A stretch of DNA of 63,974 bases from an uncultured Ruminococcus sp. (GTDB lineage Bacteria; Bacillota; Clostridia; Oscillospirales; Ruminococcaceae). Below are positions 10,178 to 21,484 of this stretch, one piece after another. Location: positions 1 to 63,974 of the forward strand of contig CAMNAB010000001.1 of NCBI GenBank assembly GCA_946530355.1, read 5' to 3'. Position 1 is the stretch's first letter. Every line of letters begins with the position of its first letter. The notes under the pieces are model-generated. The model ran no database searches. It was not told the DNA's origin and saw only the letters and a program-made list of their open reading frames with translations. Position numbers and translations under genes: made by a program.

Positions 10178-11149
10178 TTATCGGACACAGATCCAGATGA
10201 CAAGCGGAAATGAGATCAAAGAAAACAGCGTTGTCATGAAGATGCCTTGTGAAGCGAGTTTTTCGTTTCCGTGATATTCTGTGGCAAACAGGGCAGTTGT
10301 GTTTGCAACCGGCATGCACGCCATCAGCAGGAGGGTCGGGGCGAGCACTGCATCCTTGATAAACGGATGAATGATGACCCAGAACAGCAGCGGGACTGCA
10401 AGCTGACGGAGCAGCAGATACAGATTCATGCGCGGATTCGTAAACAGTTCCTTGATTTTGACCCCGTTGAGATTTGCCCCGACGACCATCATTGCAAGCG
10501 GAGAAGTGATGCTGCCGAGGGTATCGCAGGTATCTGCAAGCACAGCCGGCAAATGAATGCTGCATGCAAAGATCACGATACCGACGGCTGTGCACAATAC
10601 CGCAGGCGTGAGGAGCAGCTTTTTCCACGGGATCTTCCGGAAGGCATCTGCTGCCGAAGCGTCCTCTGTATCGGTAGCACCGCCCATCAGGACAACGCCG
10701 AATGTATAAACCAGAATATTGAAGACACTGTTGAGGATCGCTGCATAAAACAGACCCTCTGTGCCGTATACGGACTGCACGACCGGAAAACCCATAAAGC
10801 CGATGTTGCTGAAGACTGTCATGAACAGATAAAGCCGGCGGTCTTCTTTCGGCGGGTGCAGACACAGCACAAGGATCCATGACAAAATAATCAGAATCAG
10901 ATAAAATGCAAACGAGATCAGAAATAAACTGCCGACAGAATGCGAAACGGCTTCATTTTGCTGTTCTACCATCTGCATCCGGTCATAAAAGGCATCAATC
11001 ATCATCATCGGGGTTGTGACATACAGCAGCAGTTTGGTGAGCCGCTGCTTGGTATGCGGATCCAGAATGCCGAGATGTGCCAATAATGTGCCAAGGCAAA
11101 GGATCAGGAACAATTTGCCCATTTGCGCGAGAATAACCGTAATTTGCAT
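10178..11149 (-). CDS. AEC (auxin efflux carrier) family permease
   Basis: ATG start; polytopic membrane protein of about 10 TM helices; N-terminal MQITVILAQMGKLFLILCLGTLL... pattern typical of AEC transporters. Confidence 0.78.
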   Translation of the reverse strand: MQITVILAQMGKLFLILCLGTLLAHLGILDPHTKQRLTKLLLYVTTPMMMIDAFYDRMQMVEQQNEAVSHSVGSLFLISFAFYLILIILSWILVLCLHPPKEDRRLYLFMTVFSNIGFMGFPVVQSVYGTEGLFYAAILNSVFNILVYTFGVVLMGGATDTEDASAADAFRKIPWKKLLLTPAVLCTAVGIVIFACSIHLPAVLADTCDTLGSITSPLAMMVVGANLNGVKIKELFTNPRMNLYLLLRQLAVPLLFWVIIHPFIKDAVLAPTLLLMACMPVANTTALFATEYHGNEKLASQGIFMTTLFSLISFPLVIWICVR

Positions 11150-11280
11150 ATAACCTCAATTCTTCCGTTTCACCGGCAAAACGCCGTATGTACGGTGTTT
11201 CAGATGATCTAAGGCGTTCAATTCTGAAAACAGCCTTGTCCATTATAACGCGATTTCTGCAAATTGTCAAGCGTACAGCA

Positions 11281-11319
11281 GCGAAAACACCCTGCATATG
11301 CCGTTTGACACATGCAGGG
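11281..11319 (-). terminator. Rho-independent terminator of eno
   Basis: On the minus strand: CCCTGCAT-loop-ATGCAGGG followed by TGTTTTCG, just downstream of the eno stop. Confidence 0.55.
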
Positions 11320-11335
11320 TGAAAATATCAGGTCA

Positions 11336-12670
<1,335 letters not shown>

Positions 12671-12781
12671 TCAAAATGTTGTGGCATCCGGTTTTGCGCT
12701 GCTGTTCTGCGGCATGTCGCACAATTGCCGCGGAAGATGCACAGGCAGCCCTTTTGCCGTTAGTGTATGCTAACAGGTTTT

Positions 12782-12810
12782 ATTTTACCACTTATTTTGT
12801 CATTTGTCAA
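12782..12810 (-). promoter_or_regulatory. Candidate promoter for eno (TTGACA-17-TAAAAT)
   Basis: Minus strand: TTGACA (12810-12805), 17-nt spacer, TAAAAT (12787-12782); about 140 nt upstream of the eno start. Confidence 0.45.
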
Positions 12811-12899
12811 TGCTTGATGCTTGTTTTCGGGATTTTCGGCGAATTATCAATGCCATAACCGTGAAAGAAATGAAATTTGTGCATAAATTCGATGGCGCA

Positions 12900-14243
12900 T
12901 CAGTGTCTGCGTCTTCTTCTGCGCCGCTGCTGCTGCCGGTTTGGAGCAGGAGACTGTGCGGTCTGTACCGTGACCGGCTCCGATACCGGTTCTTCCGGTT
13001 CAGATTCCGGTTCCGATGATTCGGCTGCCGGTTCTTCCGGCTCCGGTTCGATCGGCAAGGGTTCCGGCGCAGCAGTTTCCGGTATGGGTTCTGTATCCGG
13101 CATATTGTCAATGGCTTCTCGCAGCAGTTGATACAGGATCGCCAGCACCGGGACAGCAAAAATAATGCCCATAACGCCGCCGAGTCCGCCGCCCAGAATG
13201 ACGGCGATCAATACCAGCAATCCGGGCAGACCGATCGAATCACCGACCACTTTTGGATAGATAAACTGTCCTTCGATCTGCTGGAGTGCGAGAATAAAGA
13301 TCAGGAACCAGATGGTGCGTTCCGGTGCTTCTCCCCAGATGAGCAAAGCGCCCACGCCGCCGCCGATCCATGCGCCGATGATCGGGAGCAGGGCGGTGAT
13401 GCCGGTCATGATGCCGATGGTTGCGGCATAGGGAAACCGGAACACATATAAGCCGAGCGTGCAGAGGGTTCCGATGATGACCGCTTCGATAAACTGACCG
13501 GTCAGGAAATTGGCGAAAGACTGGTTTGCCAGATGCAGCACGCGGAAGATCTGATTCTGATAGCGTTGCGGCGCTGCCAACTGGATCACCTTATGCATAA
13601 CATGCAGCACACGTTCCTTTTGTGCAAGCAGATAAATGGCAATAATCAAGCCGAGCACAAGGTTTGCAGCCGTTGAAACCACCGATGTCGTGGCATTGAA
13701 TGCGGTGCCCAGCACGGTTTCCACCTTGCCGTCCAGCAGATTGCTGGCGAAATGGAATACATTCGACCAATCCATATCGGCATTGAGTTCTTTCAGTTTT
13801 TCCATGAGAAAATCCGGTGCATGCCATGCCAGAAGCTGTGTCCGGATGAGGTCATAGATCTGTTCCTGACTGGTCGGCATTTTTTCGATCAGCGTATTCA
13901 GGGCAGTCGTGATCTGCGGAATAATCAATATGACGATCATAGCCAGAATGATGCACGCAACCAATCCTGTGCAGACTGCCGAAAGCACCGGTGCGAGCTT
14001 TCGCTCCCATCTTTTTTCGGATGCCGACATGCTGAAAAAGACCTTGTTCTGAAACAGATTCAGAAACAGATTGATAACAAATGCAATGCAAACGCCGTAA
14101 GCGACCGGCTGCAAAATAGAGAAAAACCACGATAATACGGACTTTACGGAATCGAAATTCTGGAGTGCCATATAAAGCAGAATGCCGTAAGTCACGAGCA
14201 TATAGGCGGATTTGTGTTTGGGTCTTCGATCTCGATCAGACAT
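12900..14243 (-). CDS. AI-2E family transporter (PerM/UPF0118) with acidic Pro/Glu-rich tail ending in poly-Arg
   Basis: ATG with GGAAAGGGA RBS; 7-8 TM helices with the family-typical layout. C-terminal EPIPETAAPEPLPIEPEPEEPAAESSEPESEPEEPVSEP...QQQRRRRRRRH. Confidence 0.82.
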   Translation of the reverse strand: MSDRDRRPKHKSAYMLVTYGILLYMALQNFDSVKSVLSWFFSILQPVAYGVCIAFVINLFLNLFQNKVFFSMSASEKRWERKLAPVLSAVCTGLVACIILAMIVILIIPQITTALNTLIEKMPTSQEQIYDLIRTQLLAWHAPDFLMEKLKELNADMDWSNVFHFASNLLDGKVETVLGTAFNATTSVVSTAANLVLGLIIAIYLLAQKERVLHVMHKVIQLAAPQRYQNQIFRVLHLANQSFANFLTGQFIEAVIIGTLCTLGLYVFRFPYAATIGIMTGITALLPIIGAWIGGGVGALLIWGEAPERTIWFLIFILALQQIEGQFIYPKVVGDSIGLPGLLVLIAVILGGGLGGVMGIIFAVPVLAILYQLLREAIDNMPDTEPIPETAAPEPLPIEPEPEEPAAESSEPESEPEEPVSEPVTVQTAQSPAPNRQQQRRRRRRRH

Positions 14244-14258
14244 ATATTCCCTTTCCGG

Positions 14259-16319
14259 TTATTCCTGATGTTCTGCCTGTTCCGCTTCATGCGCGCGGTC
14301 ATAAGCAGCACGGTGCAGTGCTTCCTGTGAATTTTCAGCGGGATTTCCGCCTTCCGGAAGATGATAACTGCCGTCCGATGTGCGGAAACGCGCCTTCACC
14401 GGGTCATCAAATTGCAGCCGGAATTCCTGATACAGCCGTTCCCGAAGCGCCTGATTCTTGACCGGTGCACAGACTTCCACGCGCTTGCAGGTATTGCGCG
14501 GCATGAAGTCTGCCGAGCCGAGATATGCCCGCATGCGCTGCGGCGTACCGAACAGATAGACTCTGCCGTGTTCGAGATACCGCCCGACAATGCTGTGCAC
14601 TTCAATATTTTCGGTCGCATCGGGGATCTGCGGGATCAGACAGCAAACACCGCGCACCAGCAATTCAATTTTGACACCGGCACAGGATGCTTCAACCAGC
14701 TTTTTCATGATCGTTTTATCGCAAAGACCGTTCATCCGCAGACCGATATATGCAGGCATGCCGTTCTTTGCAATGGCGATTTCGTCATCCATCATTTGCA
14801 GGACAGGCTGCAATAAACCGTGCGGTGCGACCAGCAATTCCTTTTGCGGATCCGGCAGTCGGTTTTCGCGGAGTGCATCAAAAATATTGGCAGCATCTTC
14901 TGCGAGCTGCGGGTCGGCGGTCATGAGACAATAATCGGTATAGATCGCAGCAGTTTTTTCATTATAATTGCCGGTGCCGATCTGTGTAAATGCCTCGATC
15001 TTGCCGCGGTTTTTGCGCGTGATGAGCAGCAATTTGGAATGCACCTTATAGTTTTCAGGGCCGTATATCACATGTACGCCGGCACGTTCCAGCACTTTTG
15101 ACCATGCAATATTGCCTTCTTCATCGAAACGGGCACGCAGCTCAGTCAAAGCCGTGACCTGTTTGCCTCTGCCTGCCGCCTCACACAGTGCAGCGATCAC
15201 ACGGCTGTCTCTTGCCATGCGGTAAAGTGTGATCTGGATGCTCAGCACCGCAGGATCATCCGCGGCTTCATCCAGCAGGCGCAGGAACGGACGGATGCTT
15301 TCATAAGGATAACTCAGCAGAATATCATTTTTGCGGATCTGTGAGAACATATTTTTCCGTTCGGAGACCATGCCGGATTTCTGCGGCACCATGCGGGTAT
15401 ATTGCAGTTTGGGATCCGGAACCAGATCCTTGCACTCAAACACAAAGGAAAGATCCAGCGGCGCTTTTGCAAAAAACACCTGATTCTGCGTGATTTCCAG
15501 CTTTTTGCAGAGATAATCCAGCGCAGGCTGATAAAAGGTTTCGGAAAGTTCCAGCCGGACGACCGGCAGCCGTTTGCGTTCCTGCAGCATCAGCTCCATA
15601 TCAATGCGGGTGTCGCCGGTACGCAGATCGCCCAGATCTTCCGGCAAAATGCTTGCCGAACGGGTCGCACGCAGGATGGTACGGTCGATGATACGGGAAT
15701 TGCCGAAAACAGTATGCGCAAATGAGAGAATGACATCTTCTGCAAGAATGAATCTGCCGCCGCCGAGTTTTATCATGCGCTGACACTGATCCGATACCGG
15801 CAGAATGCCCATCCGGATGCCGGATTTGGATTCCAGCCGCAGGATCACATAAAGAGCGCGGTCACGCAGGAACGGGAAGGTCTTTCCTTTATCCACAATG
15901 ATCGGCATGGAAAGCGGACGGATCTCGCGCTTGAACCAGTCTGCGAGCATTTGCTGTTCATTCTGGGTTGCAGTGCGCATGGTGACCTGTTCCAGTCCTT
16001 CCTGCCGCAGTTCATGCATGATCTCGTGATAGACCGCATCTCTTGCGGGGGTGAGGGTGCGCACCTGCTCATAAATCGCCTGAAGCTGTTCCTTCGGCTT
16101 CATTTTGCTGATGGAATCTTTTTTCTTCGGATCTTCTGCTTGCTTCCGCAGCAAATTGCCGACTCTGACACGGAAAAATTCGTCCAGATTGCTCTGGAAT
16201 ATGGCAGTAAAGCCGAGCCGTTCCAGCAGGGGGTTGGATGTGCACTGTGCTTCTTCCAGAACCCGCTGATTGAACCGCAGCCAGGAAAGCTCTCTGTTTT
16301 CATAATAATCTGATTTCAT
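14259..16319 (-). CDS. ppk1: Polyphosphate kinase 1
   Basis: ENRELSWLRFNQRVLEEA N-terminus and two PLD-like HxK modules (KVHSKLLLI...). Start set at ATG 16319 (MKSDYYENRELSW, RBS AGGAG 7 nt upstream, promoter at 16353-16381). The track extension to 16583 overlaps the GH130 gene. Confidence 0.93.
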   Translation of the reverse strand: MKSDYYENRELSWLRFNQRVLEEAQCTSNPLLERLGFTAIFQSNLDEFFRVRVGNLLRKQAEDPKKKDSISKMKPKEQLQAIYEQVRTLTPARDAVYHEIMHELRQEGLEQVTMRTATQNEQQMLADWFKREIRPLSMPIIVDKGKTFPFLRDRALYVILRLESKSGIRMGILPVSDQCQRMIKLGGGRFILAEDVILSFAHTVFGNSRIIDRTILRATRSASILPEDLGDLRTGDTRIDMELMLQERKRLPVVRLELSETFYQPALDYLCKKLEITQNQVFFAKAPLDLSFVFECKDLVPDPKLQYTRMVPQKSGMVSERKNMFSQIRKNDILLSYPYESIRPFLRLLDEAADDPAVLSIQITLYRMARDSRVIAALCEAAGRGKQVTALTELRARFDEEGNIAWSKVLERAGVHVIYGPENYKVHSKLLLITRKNRGKIEAFTQIGTGNYNEKTAAIYTDYCLMTADPQLAEDAANIFDALRENRLPDPQKELLVAPHGLLQPVLQMMDDEIAIAKNGMPAYIGLRMNGLCDKTIMKKLVEASCAGVKIELLVRGVCCLIPQIPDATENIEVHSIVGRYLEHGRVYLFGTPQRMRAYLGSADFMPRNTCKRVEVCAPVKNQALRERLYQEFRLQFDDPVKARFRTSDGSYHLPEGGNPAENSQEALHRAAYDRAHEAEQAEHQE

Positions 16320-16352
16320 ATCATCACTCCTATCATGCGCGTATTTACCTTT

Positions 16353-16381
16353 ATTATACCTTTTTTTTACAGATACGTCAA
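16353..16381 (-). promoter_or_regulatory. Promoter of ppk1 (TTGACG-17-TATAAT)
   Basis: Minus strand: TTGACG (16381-16376), 17-nt spacer, TATAAT (16358-16353), about 35 nt upstream of the ppk1 ATG. Confidence 0.55.
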
Positions 16382-16467
16382 GCCTTCCAAAAGGAATCCC
16401 CGACAAATTGAATAATGGTTGATCCATTGTCCATTCATCGGGGCAGATTGCTATGCAATTGTGATGA

Positions 16468-17457
16468 TTATACCTGCGAATGTGTATCCAGCCATGCGAT
16501 GACATCGTCAGCGGTGGTGAAGCAAAGTCCGGTGCAGGTATCGGCACAGCCGTAATAAATGGCGATTCTGCCGGTTGCGGCATCGGTCAGACAGGCACAG
16601 GGGAATGTCACATTCGGGACATCCCCGACGCATTCATAGGTCTTTTGCGGACTGATGAGGTATTCTCTGCCGCGTTTCAATACCTTCCATGGCTCCTCTT
16701 TATCCAGCAAAGCAGCCGAAAAGCTATAAACAAAGCCGTTGCAGGATGTGAGCACGCCGTGATAAAACAGCAGCCAGCCGCGGTCTGTTTCGATCGGGAC
16801 AGGTCCTGCACCGATCTTGGTCGATTCCCAGCCCATGCTCGGTGCCATGACATGCCGGTGTTTGCCCCAGAATGTCAGATCAGGGGACTGCGAAATATAA
16901 ATATCACCAAACGGTGTGTGCCCGCTGTCTGAGGGACGGCTGAGCATCATATAGCGCCCCCCGATCTTTCGCGGAAACAGTACGCCGTTCCGGTTGAAGG
17001 GCAGGAATGCATTTTCCATCTGGCAGAAGGTCTTGAAGTCGAATGTATAAGCCATGCCGATGGTCGGTTTCCAGCCGTATGCATTGCACCATGTCACATA
17101 AAACCGGTCTTCGATCCAGACCACGCGGGGATCATATCCATATTGAAAATCCTGAATTTCGGGATCTGTTTTGACAAATGAGATGCGTTCCGGTTCAATA
17201 TCCCAATGCAGACCGTCTTTGGAGAAACCCGCATGAAGCTGCATATTTCTTGCCTTGTCATCCACACGGAAAACACCCGCAAACCCGTCCTGATAAGGGA
17301 CGACGGCACTATTGAAAATGCTGTTGGATACTTCGATCTGATCGCGTGCGATGACAGGATTTGCGTCATATCTCCAGATGATGTCCTTGCATCCGGCGGG
17401 TTTTTCCTGCCACGGGAGATTCGGGATTGCGCTGCCGTTGATGATTGTCACACTCAT
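16468..17457 (-). CDS. GH130 family beta-mannoside phosphorylase/hydrolase (cytoplasmic)
   Basis: 329-aa five-bladed-propeller-type sequence ([47 protein letters not shown]) as in GH130 mannosylglucose/mannooligosaccharide phosphorylases. No signal peptide. Confidence 0.82.
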   Translation of the reverse strand: MSVTIINGSAIPNLPWQEKPAGCKDIIWRYDANPVIARDQIEVSNSIFNSAVVPYQDGFAGVFRVDDKARNMQLHAGFSKDGLHWDIEPERISFVKTDPEIQDFQYGYDPRVVWIEDRFYVTWCNAYGWKPTIGMAYTFDFKTFCQMENAFLPFNRNGVLFPRKIGGRYMMLSRPSDSGHTPFGDIYISQSPDLTFWGKHRHVMAPSMGWESTKIGAGPVPIETDRGWLLFYHGVLTSCNGFVYSFSAALLDKEEPWKVLKRGREYLISPQKTYECVGDVPNVTFPCACLTDAATGRIAIYYGCADTCTGLCFTTADDVIAWLDTHSQV

Positions 17458-17507
17458 GCGTATAATCTACCTTTCTTCCGTGAGGATGTCACGGGAATTC
17501 TGGTTAT

Positions 17508-17536
17508 ATTATATCACAATCATGCGAAAAATTCAA
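17508..17536 (-). promoter_or_regulatory. Candidate promoter for the GH130 gene (TTGAAT-17-TATAAT)
   Basis: Minus strand: TTGAAT (17536-17531), 17-nt spacer, TATAAT (17513-17508), located between the GH26 stop and the GH130 start. Confidence 0.5.
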
Positions 17537-17539
17537 TCG

Positions 17540-19162
17540 TTATTGGTAAAATGACAGAAAATCATTCAGGCTTAAAGTTAATTTTGAGTTGTATAGATTA
17601 TACAAATCCATACTTGAATAATATGATTCGTTCAAAGAACCGTCCGGCTGCATGAGATAATCGCCGCACCACAGCCCGAAAAATGACCATAATGCCTGAT
17701 CGAGCTGCATCATTTCAGGATCGGGGAAGCTGCCGCATTCGCTGATGCCAAGCAGTTTTTTGCCCTCTGTGATGCGGGCAAGTGCGAAGAATTGTTCATA
17801 GCGGCTGCCAAATTGCATATCCGGCTGCAAATAGATATCGACCGAAGCAATGTCATAGGTATCTTTGGGCACCAAATAGGCAGCGCTTTGCCCGTTCCAG
17901 ACCCAGATCAGGTTATTGAGCTGATGATAATGCGAGAGGCGCTCATAAACCAGCTCCCAGAGCTGCACATATGCATCCTGTCCGGCAGCGCCCCACCAAT
18001 ACCATCCGCCGCCTGCTTCATAAAGCGGCCGCCAGAGCACCGGGATATGCATATTCCGGAGTCGGGTCAGGGATTGTGCTGTTTCGTCGATATCCTGCAA
18101 AAGCAGCAGGGCTTCTTCCGATAAAATGCCGCGTTCATATTCGGTCTGCGCCTGTTCCGGTGTCAGCAGCGCGACCTTTTTCGGGTCTTTATGCCGCAGC
18201 GCATTGTGCAGATCAAAATCGGTATCATCTGCATAAACGGAGTCTGAACCGGGGGCATTCCAATGCCACATCAGCCCGACAATGCCGTTTGTATAGATGC
18301 TCCAGTCGATCGCATCATCAGTTTGCTGCCGGTCATCGGATGTGCCCAGCATGCTGAACCGGATCGCCGGAAGCTGCCCTGTGATCTGATAGATCAGGTT
18401 CAGCTCCTGATTTCCGGCATCGGCACAATATTGACCGGTGAGGATCTGTTTGCCCCAGTGCTGACACAAAAACGAATAGAGCTTCTGCGTTTCCGGCGAA
18501 GCCTGCGGATTGCACGGGGTCGGGTCAAGTGTATAGTTGAAATCATGCAGAGAAGTATCATCGCTGATCTCGATATAGTCAATATCCAGTGCACCCGATG
18601 TGCATTGCAGATGCAGCGTTTGTGCGCCGTCATCCAGAAAAATGCCGTAGCAGGTGATGCGGGTAAAATCATTGACATCCAGCGTAAAATCGGTGCACGC
18701 GGTATCTCCGGCGGATAACACCGCTTCTGCCGGCTGCGGTGCAGCAGCACAAATTGTGATCTTATAATGCTGTGCCGCATGGATTTGCAGCGGAATATCC
18801 AGTGTCTGCATATTTTGCAGCGTTCCGATATAACCGGCATCCGAATAACCGGCGCGTGCGGTCTGTATGCTGACCTGATCGGGCAGTTTGCAGCTCTCCG
18901 CTTCGATTTTTTCAAAGATCGGTTTTTGGCGGATCTCCGGGAGCGTCACTGCACGTTCTTCCGGAATCACTTCATCGGGAGCCAGTGCATTGCGGTCGGA
19001 TGCCGTTCCTGCAAGAAAACTATAATTGCCGTAAGGATTCTGCTCCGGCGCAGGATTCTGTATGCCGGATGGGAAAAACAGGAAGCCGCATGCTGTTGCT
19101 GTTACAGATGCAGCCATGATTGTCCAGCGTCTGAATCCGCTGAAACGGGAACGATGATTCAT
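17540..19162 (-). CDS. GH26 beta-mannanase with N-terminal CBM-like module
   Basis: GH26 catalytic signatures WHWNAPG, RPLYEAGGGWYWWG (acid/base Glu; cf. RPxHEMNGxWFWWG) and ISECG (nucleophile). N-terminal hydrophobic leader, then a beta-sandwich-like module. The ATG overlaps the GH95 stop (ATGA). Confidence 0.82.
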   Translation of the reverse strand: MNHRSRFSGFRRWTIMAASVTATACGFLFFPSGIQNPAPEQNPYGNYSFLAGTASDRNALAPDEVIPEERAVTLPEIRQKPIFEKIEAESCKLPDQVSIQTARAGYSDAGYIGTLQNMQTLDIPLQIHAAQHYKITICAAAPQPAEAVLSAGDTACTDFTLDVNDFTRITCYGIFLDDGAQTLHLQCTSGALDIDYIEISDDTSLHDFNYTLDPTPCNPQASPETQKLYSFLCQHWGKQILTGQYCADAGNQELNLIYQITGQLPAIRFSMLGTSDDRQQTDDAIDWSIYTNGIVGLMWHWNAPGSDSVYADDTDFDLHNALRHKDPKKVALLTPEQAQTEYERGILSEEALLLLQDIDETAQSLTRLRNMHIPVLWRPLYEAGGGWYWWGAAGQDAYVQLWELVYERLSHYHQLNNLIWVWNGQSAAYLVPKDTYDIASVDIYLQPDMQFGSRYEQFFALARITEGKKLLGISECGSFPDPEMMQLDQALWSFFGLWCGDYLMQPDGSLNESYYSSMDLYNLYNSKLTLSLNDFLSFYQ

Positions 19163-21468
19163 TCGGCTGTCAGACAGTAAATACCGTCCGGGACAGTTTC
19201 AAAGCAGATGAAACCGTCCGCCTCCTTTCTGGATTCGTGTTCTTTTTCATTATGCCGGATGCGCAGCGGGACGGTCAGTTCGATCCGGCATGTGCCGCCG
19301 GATCTTGCGTGAATACGAGCAGAACAGAGTCTGCCGTTTTCCCATCTGGCATCCGCTTCAAATCCGCCGTATGTGCACAGACCGGTAAACGATCCGTTTT
19401 TCCATTCAGGCGGAAGTGCCGGCAGAAATGTGATGCCGTCTGCATCGGATTGCAGCAGCATCTCCGAAATGGCTGCGGCTGCACCAAAATTGCCGTCGAT
19501 CTGGAACGGCGGGTGCAGACAGAACAGATTCGGACAGGTGGCATGCCGGAACATGCGGCAAAGCATTTTGTATGCAGATGCGCCGTCATGCAGCCGTGCA
19601 TAAAGGTTGATGAGCCATGCACAGCTCCAGCCGGTATGTCCGCCGCCGTTTGTCAGCCGCCGCTGTAATGTGCGGGCTGCTGCTTCTGCGAGTGCCGGCG
19701 TTTTGCGCGGGGAGATCTGATGGGCTGGATGCAATGCAAAAAGCTGGGAAATATGCCGGTGTCCCGGTTCGGTTTCCTCGTGCCCGAATACCCATTCCAT
19801 GATCTGCCCGTATTTGCCGGTCTGCGGTTGGGGCAGCAGGGGAAGCTGCTGTTCCAGAACGGTTGCAAGCGGGTCATGCAGGGAGAGCAGGCGATTTGCT
19901 TCCAGCACATCCTGATAAAGTGCGGTAATGATCTGGCTGTCCATTGCAGCCCCTTCGCAGAGACTGCCGGTCTGTCCGTTTGGCAGCCGGTATGTATTTT
20001 CCGGCGAGACACTTGGTGAAACCAGCAATCTGCCGGCAGGGTCAGTAATCAGAAAATCTGTGAAAAACAGCGCTGCATCATGCAGGATCTCATAGCATTC
20101 ACGCAGAAATGCAAGATCTTGCGTGAAGCGGTAATGCTCCATGATGTGCAGGGAGAGCCATGCGCCGCCCATCGGCCAGAGCGTGGCAGGCATCCAGAGA
20201 TCCTGCGGGGCAGTGTCGCCCCAGAGGTCTGTATTGTGATGGCAGCAAAACCCGCGGCAGCCATACATCTCCCGTGCTGTTTGTTTGCCGTTTTCATGGA
20301 TTTTATGCAGCAGATCAAACAGCGGCATCTGGCATTCCGAGAGATTGCCGCAGCCTGCCAGCCAATAGTTCATTTCGGTATTGATATTGACCGTGAACCG
20401 GCAGCCCCACGCCGGCCACATTTTTTCATTCCAGATGCCCTGCAAATTCAGCGGCAGCGAACCGGCTCTGCTGCCCGCGATCATCAGATATCTGCCGAAT
20501 GCAAAATAGATCGGGATCAGGGCAGAGACTGCGGCTTCCTGCTGTTCTTTGCAGCATTGGAGCAGACGGTCAGTCGGGATGCGATCCGGGGATATTGCTG
20601 CGGTGTCATCGCTGTCTGCGGAAACGGTTACCGCGACATTGCGCCAAAGTGCAGCATAATCCTGCAAATGTGCTTGCAGCAATGCATCATAGCCGGCTGC
20701 ACAGGCATCGGCACAAAGCTGCGCTGCAATCGCACAAATATCCTGCTGCGGGTGATAATAACCGGTCTGCATGCAGCAAACCAGTGTTACATCGGTCGTT
20801 TGCCGGACAGAAAGCGCATTGCCGAATGAGCTGACCGATCCGTTCCGGGAAGCTGCACGCAAGACCGTACAAAAAGCAATCCCGTTTGTGCCGCCGGCGC
20901 AGCCTGCAAATACCAGTTTTTTGCCGTCAGCATCCTGTTCGATGCAGCAGCGGTCAAAGTCGTCATCCCGCCCGTCCATTTCGGCGGAGACAGAAAACGG
21001 CTGGCTTGCTGTCATGCGGATGACGATGCATTGCGCCGGATACGAAGCAAAGATCTCCCGCTTGAAACAAGCATCGCCGATGCGGAATGATACGGTATAA
21101 AGTGCATGTTCGAGATCCAGACTGCGGCGGTAATCCGAGACGGTGCCCGCCGGCAGATCTGTTTTCAGGGAGAGATCGCCCATTGGCTGATAATGCCGCA
21201 TATTGGGCGGGCAGCCTTGCAGAAAGCGGAATGCTTCCTGTTCCGCTTTAGCGATCTGACCGTTTCGCAGCAATTGCCGCACATGCGGGAGATGGGCTTT
21301 GGCATCGGGATTGATGCGGCTGCGTGCACCGCCTGACCAGAGGGAATCCTCATTCAGACGAAGCAATTCACATTCCGGTTTGCCATAAAGCATGGCACCG
21401 AATCTGCCGGCACCGATCGGCAGCGCTTCTTCAAACTGTTCTGCCGGGTGCTGAAACCATAGCTGCAT
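19159..21468 (-). CDS. GH95 family alpha-L-fucosidase-like glycoside hydrolase
   Basis: N-terminus LWFQHPAEQFEEALPIGAGRFGAMLYGKPECELLRLNEDSLWSGG and the overall 769-aa layout are typical of GH95. AAAGGAG RBS. No signal peptide. Confidence 0.82.
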   Translation of the reverse strand: MQLWFQHPAEQFEEALPIGAGRFGAMLYGKPECELLRLNEDSLWSGGARSRINPDAKAHLPHVRQLLRNGQIAKAEQEAFRFLQGCPPNMRHYQPMGDLSLKTDLPAGTVSDYRRSLDLEHALYTVSFRIGDACFKREIFASYPAQCIVIRMTASQPFSVSAEMDGRDDDFDRCCIEQDADGKKLVFAGCAGGTNGIAFCTVLRAASRNGSVSSFGNALSVRQTTDVTLVCCMQTGYYHPQQDICAIAAQLCADACAAGYDALLQAHLQDYAALWRNVAVTVSADSDDTAAISPDRIPTDRLLQCCKEQQEAAVSALIPIYFAFGRYLMIAGSRAGSLPLNLQGIWNEKMWPAWGCRFTVNINTEMNYWLAGCGNLSECQMPLFDLLHKIHENGKQTAREMYGCRGFCCHHNTDLWGDTAPQDLWMPATLWPMGGAWLSLHIMEHYRFTQDLAFLRECYEILHDAALFFTDFLITDPAGRLLVSPSVSPENTYRLPNGQTGSLCEGAAMDSQIITALYQDVLEANRLLSLHDPLATVLEQQLPLLPQPQTGKYGQIMEWVFGHEETEPGHRHISQLFALHPAHQISPRKTPALAEAAARTLQRRLTNGGGHTGWSCAWLINLYARLHDGASAYKMLCRMFRHATCPNLFCLHPPFQIDGNFGAAAAISEMLLQSDADGITFLPALPPEWKNGSFTGLCTYGGFEADARWENGRLCSARIHARSGGTCRIELTVPLRIRHNEKEHESRKEADGFICFETVPDGIYCLTAE

Positions 21469-21484
21469 AGCGGCTCCTTTCGGT

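Noticed and set aside
16320-16583. 5' extension of the ppk1 ORF (88 extra codons) in the track; similar extensions at 31093-31308 (tex), 34916-35227, 35856-35999, 42676-42759, 54080-54319 and 7929-8003
   Set aside because: The extensions overlap neighbouring genes or promoters and lack RBSs. Internal ATGs with good RBS spacing coincide with the conserved N-termini of the respective families.
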